Position numbers and translations under genes: made by a program. The notes beneath the pieces were generated by a model that was given only the letters and a program-made list of their open reading frames with translations, ran no database searches and was not told the origin of the DNA. Shown in pieces: positions 62,229 to 64,000 of a stretch of 64,000 bases of DNA. Position 1 is the first letter of the stretch, and each line of letters starts with the position of its first letter. Origin of the DNA: an uncultured virus (IMG/VR IMGVR_UViG_3300028797_000152) (Duplodnaviria > Heunggongvirae > Uroviricota > Caudoviricetes); IMG/VR virus record IMGVR_UViG_3300028797_000152, positions 1-64,000 of that record. One strand, 5' to 3'.

Positions 62229-64000
62229 TACAAATAGTTGGTTATGTATATATGCGATAGCCCAGTTAGGCAGACCTTATAGATTAGGGGCTAGCGGAGA
62301 TTTTGAGGTATCTTCTAAAAGAAAATTATATCAGAATAATTGGGAAGTTACTTCTACTACTTATCCTAATCCTAATTATAATGTTCCTGCAAAGACACAT
62401 GATTGTTCGGGCCTGTTTATAGGCGCAGTGTGTTGTGATGATGTAAATGGCCCTAAAGTCCGAAGTACAAATCTATATCATGGTGCAACTAAACAATATT
62501 GGGATTTTTGCACACACAAAGGAGATAACATACATGAATTCCCTAGAATTCCAGGTATGTTAGTATTTAGGTCAAAGTCAGCAGGAAGCCATACAAAGGA
62601 ACATGTAGGTGTATACATTGGAAGATTTATTGACCTTAATGGCAACCCACACGAAGATTATGTAATTGATGCAAAGGGCAAAGATTACGGAGTAGTAATG
62701 GGCCCGCTATTTAGGAAAGACGGTTCATCTAGATGGGACTGTTGGGGTCAATTAGATATGTGTGAACAAGACACAAATGAGACCTCAATATTTGATGCAA
62801 GAACAAATTCCATGCGAACAGATGAGCAGCAGGAAGCCGGTGAACTTCAGCCTGTAGAAATATCTACAGAGAACATGAAGCCTTTTGTTGCAACTGTATT
62901 AGGTCAATATGACCCTAAATTAGATTACGACAGAATAAGAAATGCAAGAATATCTGCTATGATGTTTTATGCAGGAGAATTGTTTGATGTGAGCCATGTT
63001 AAACATACATATTTGAATCCTAAATTAGCATATCAAGTAGAGCAGTGTAATTCAGCAGGACTTCCTTATGCTTTGTATGTTAATGTCCGAGCAAGAAATG
63101 AGATAGAAGCCGATGCAGAATGTAAGGCTCTTTATTATGTCATTTCTCAATTCTCACCTAAATTAGGATTATGGCTATCGCTTAATCTCAATAATTCTGT
63201 TGATATGAATAATAAAATAGTTTCAATCTATTATAAATTCATATATAGTTGGGGATTAGTTGATAGATGTGGATTATATGTAACTCGTTCACAACTCCAA
63301 CAGATAACTTGGGAAAATTTTGAAAATGTATTTTATTTATGGTGCATTGAGCCCGAAGATGTGAATAATATTGATGATGAATTGCTTGACCCTTCATTAT
63401 TTGACATTAATCCTGAAGATAACGAAATTGAATCTAGGTACACGGAAGAAACATCTAAAGAAGTATTTTCAAATGCATCACATTTTGATAGTCCTCGTAG
63501 CTGGTTGCCAAATCTGCCTAAGTCTGATGAAAGCGGTAGATTTACAAGGTCAACTGGAACCACTTCTAGATTCGTTCGCCAAGAGGAATTAGATGAGCAG
63601 AAATTGGAACCTCTTTATACTACTAGAACCGATAGACATGATATGACTCTGCGTCAAGTCGGATATTTAGACACAGGATATAATTTATCTAACAACAGTT
63701 CAAATATAGCAATTTCAGTTATTAACTATACATCGGCCCTTGGCGATATATACGATAGTTTTGCTCCTACAGTTTCTCAATTAAATTCTACAAAAGTTGA
63801 TACTTCTGCATTACCTCAGTTACAGAAAATCGCTATAGATAAATTATTAGAGGCTGGATATAGTGCTTCAAGTGCAACTGGAATTGTAGCATGCCTAGAG
63901 AAATATTCAGGACTGAATACACAGCATGCCAAAACTATTCAGAGTGTAACTTTACATGGAATTGGTGATTGGTATGACCAAGATTTTGATGCACTTAAGT
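62221..64000 (+). CDS. Multidomain virion-associated lysin (NlpC/P60, GH25-like, lysozyme-like), truncated by window edge; not in ORF track
   Basis: Hand-translated MPNTNSW…AQLGRPY…HDCSGL…HVGVYIG…DAKGKDYGVV; later AGLPYALY…EADAEC; LLEAGYSASSATGIVACL; no stop before 64000. Confidence 0.7.
   Translation, partial: MPNTNSWLCIYAIAQLGRPYRLGASGDFEVSSKRKLYQNNWEVTSTTYPNPNYNVPAKTHDCSGLFIGAVCCDDVNGPKVRSTNLYHGATKQYWDFCTHKGDNIHEFPRIPGMLVFRSKSAGSHTKEHVGVYIGRFIDLNGNPHEDYVIDAKGKDYGVVMGPLFRKDGSSRWDCWGQLDMCEQDTNETSIFDARTNSMRTDEQQEAGELQPVEISTENMKPFVATVLGQYDPKLDYDRIRNARISAMMFYAGELFDVSHVKHTYLNPKLAYQVEQCNSAGLPYALYVNVRARNEIEADAECKALYYVISQFSPKLGLWLSLNLNNSVDMNNKIVSIYYKFIYSWGLVDRCGLYVTRSQLQQITWENFENVFYLWCIEPEDVNNIDDELLDPSLFDINPEDNEIESRYTEETSKEVFSNASHFDSPRSWLPNLPKSDESGRFTRSTGTTSRFVRQEELDEQKLEPLYTTRTDRHDMTLRQVGYLDTGYNLSNNSSNIAISVINYTSALGDIYDSFAPTVSQLNSTKVDTSALPQLQKIAIDKLLEAGYSASSATGIVACLEKYSGLNTQHAKTIQSVTLHGIGDWYDQDFDALK

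Noticed and set aside
2072..63592. Numerous short antisense or nested ORFs in the ORF track
   Set aside because: They are shadows of well-supported + strand genes, with no recognisable SD or motifs.
1..64000. CRISPR array, tRNA/rRNA genes, reverse transcriptase/DGR, integrase or transposase
   Set aside because: No regularly spaced repeats, cloverleaf or T-loop signatures, or catalytic motifs found by eye; the Cas4-like gene is a stand-alone replication-module nuclease.
1..64000. Stop-codon reassignment
   Set aside because: Long genes are intact in the standard code, and TAA, TGA and TAG all terminate genes at sensible junctions.

Overview
The window is part of a large, AT-rich, tailed (contractile-tail, myovirus-like) phage genome. 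Strong GGAGG Shine-Dalgarno sites and Gram-positive-type lysis genes point to a Bacillota (probably Clostridia) host. The genetic code is standard and nearly all genes lie on the + strand. 0.2-8.2 kb is a replication/recombination module: beta-clamp-like protein, Cas4-like nuclease, DnaX, RecA, resolvase, HolA- and HolB-like proteins and a TGT/DpdA-like transglycosylase. Morphogenesis genes are scattered: terminase, a catalytically degenerate NAD-ligase-like protein, portal, neck/terminator, holin, endolysin, tail tube, sheath, chaperone, tape measure, baseplate and a virion lysin. Between them sit dozens of small accessory ORFs. The main observation is that at least 21 otherwise unrelated proteins begin with the same leader, M-K-[KRLIV]-Y-[IV]-x-[usually A/S]. 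Related [IV]-x-[AS]-[SCAT] motifs recur as internal linkers (VEACGDITAS). This suggests a capsid-targeting and protease-maturation system for a large set of packaged, injected cargo proteins. Also seen: two phage-specific promoter-like motifs (TAACCTT and GAATCGTTAT), a three-way-junction/pseudoknot RNA leader before an endonuclease-methyltransferase fusion, a candidate anti-SD small RNA, a palindromic operator repeat and a probable +1 tail-chaperone frameshift. All product calls rest on motif recognition and gene context only; no searches were run.
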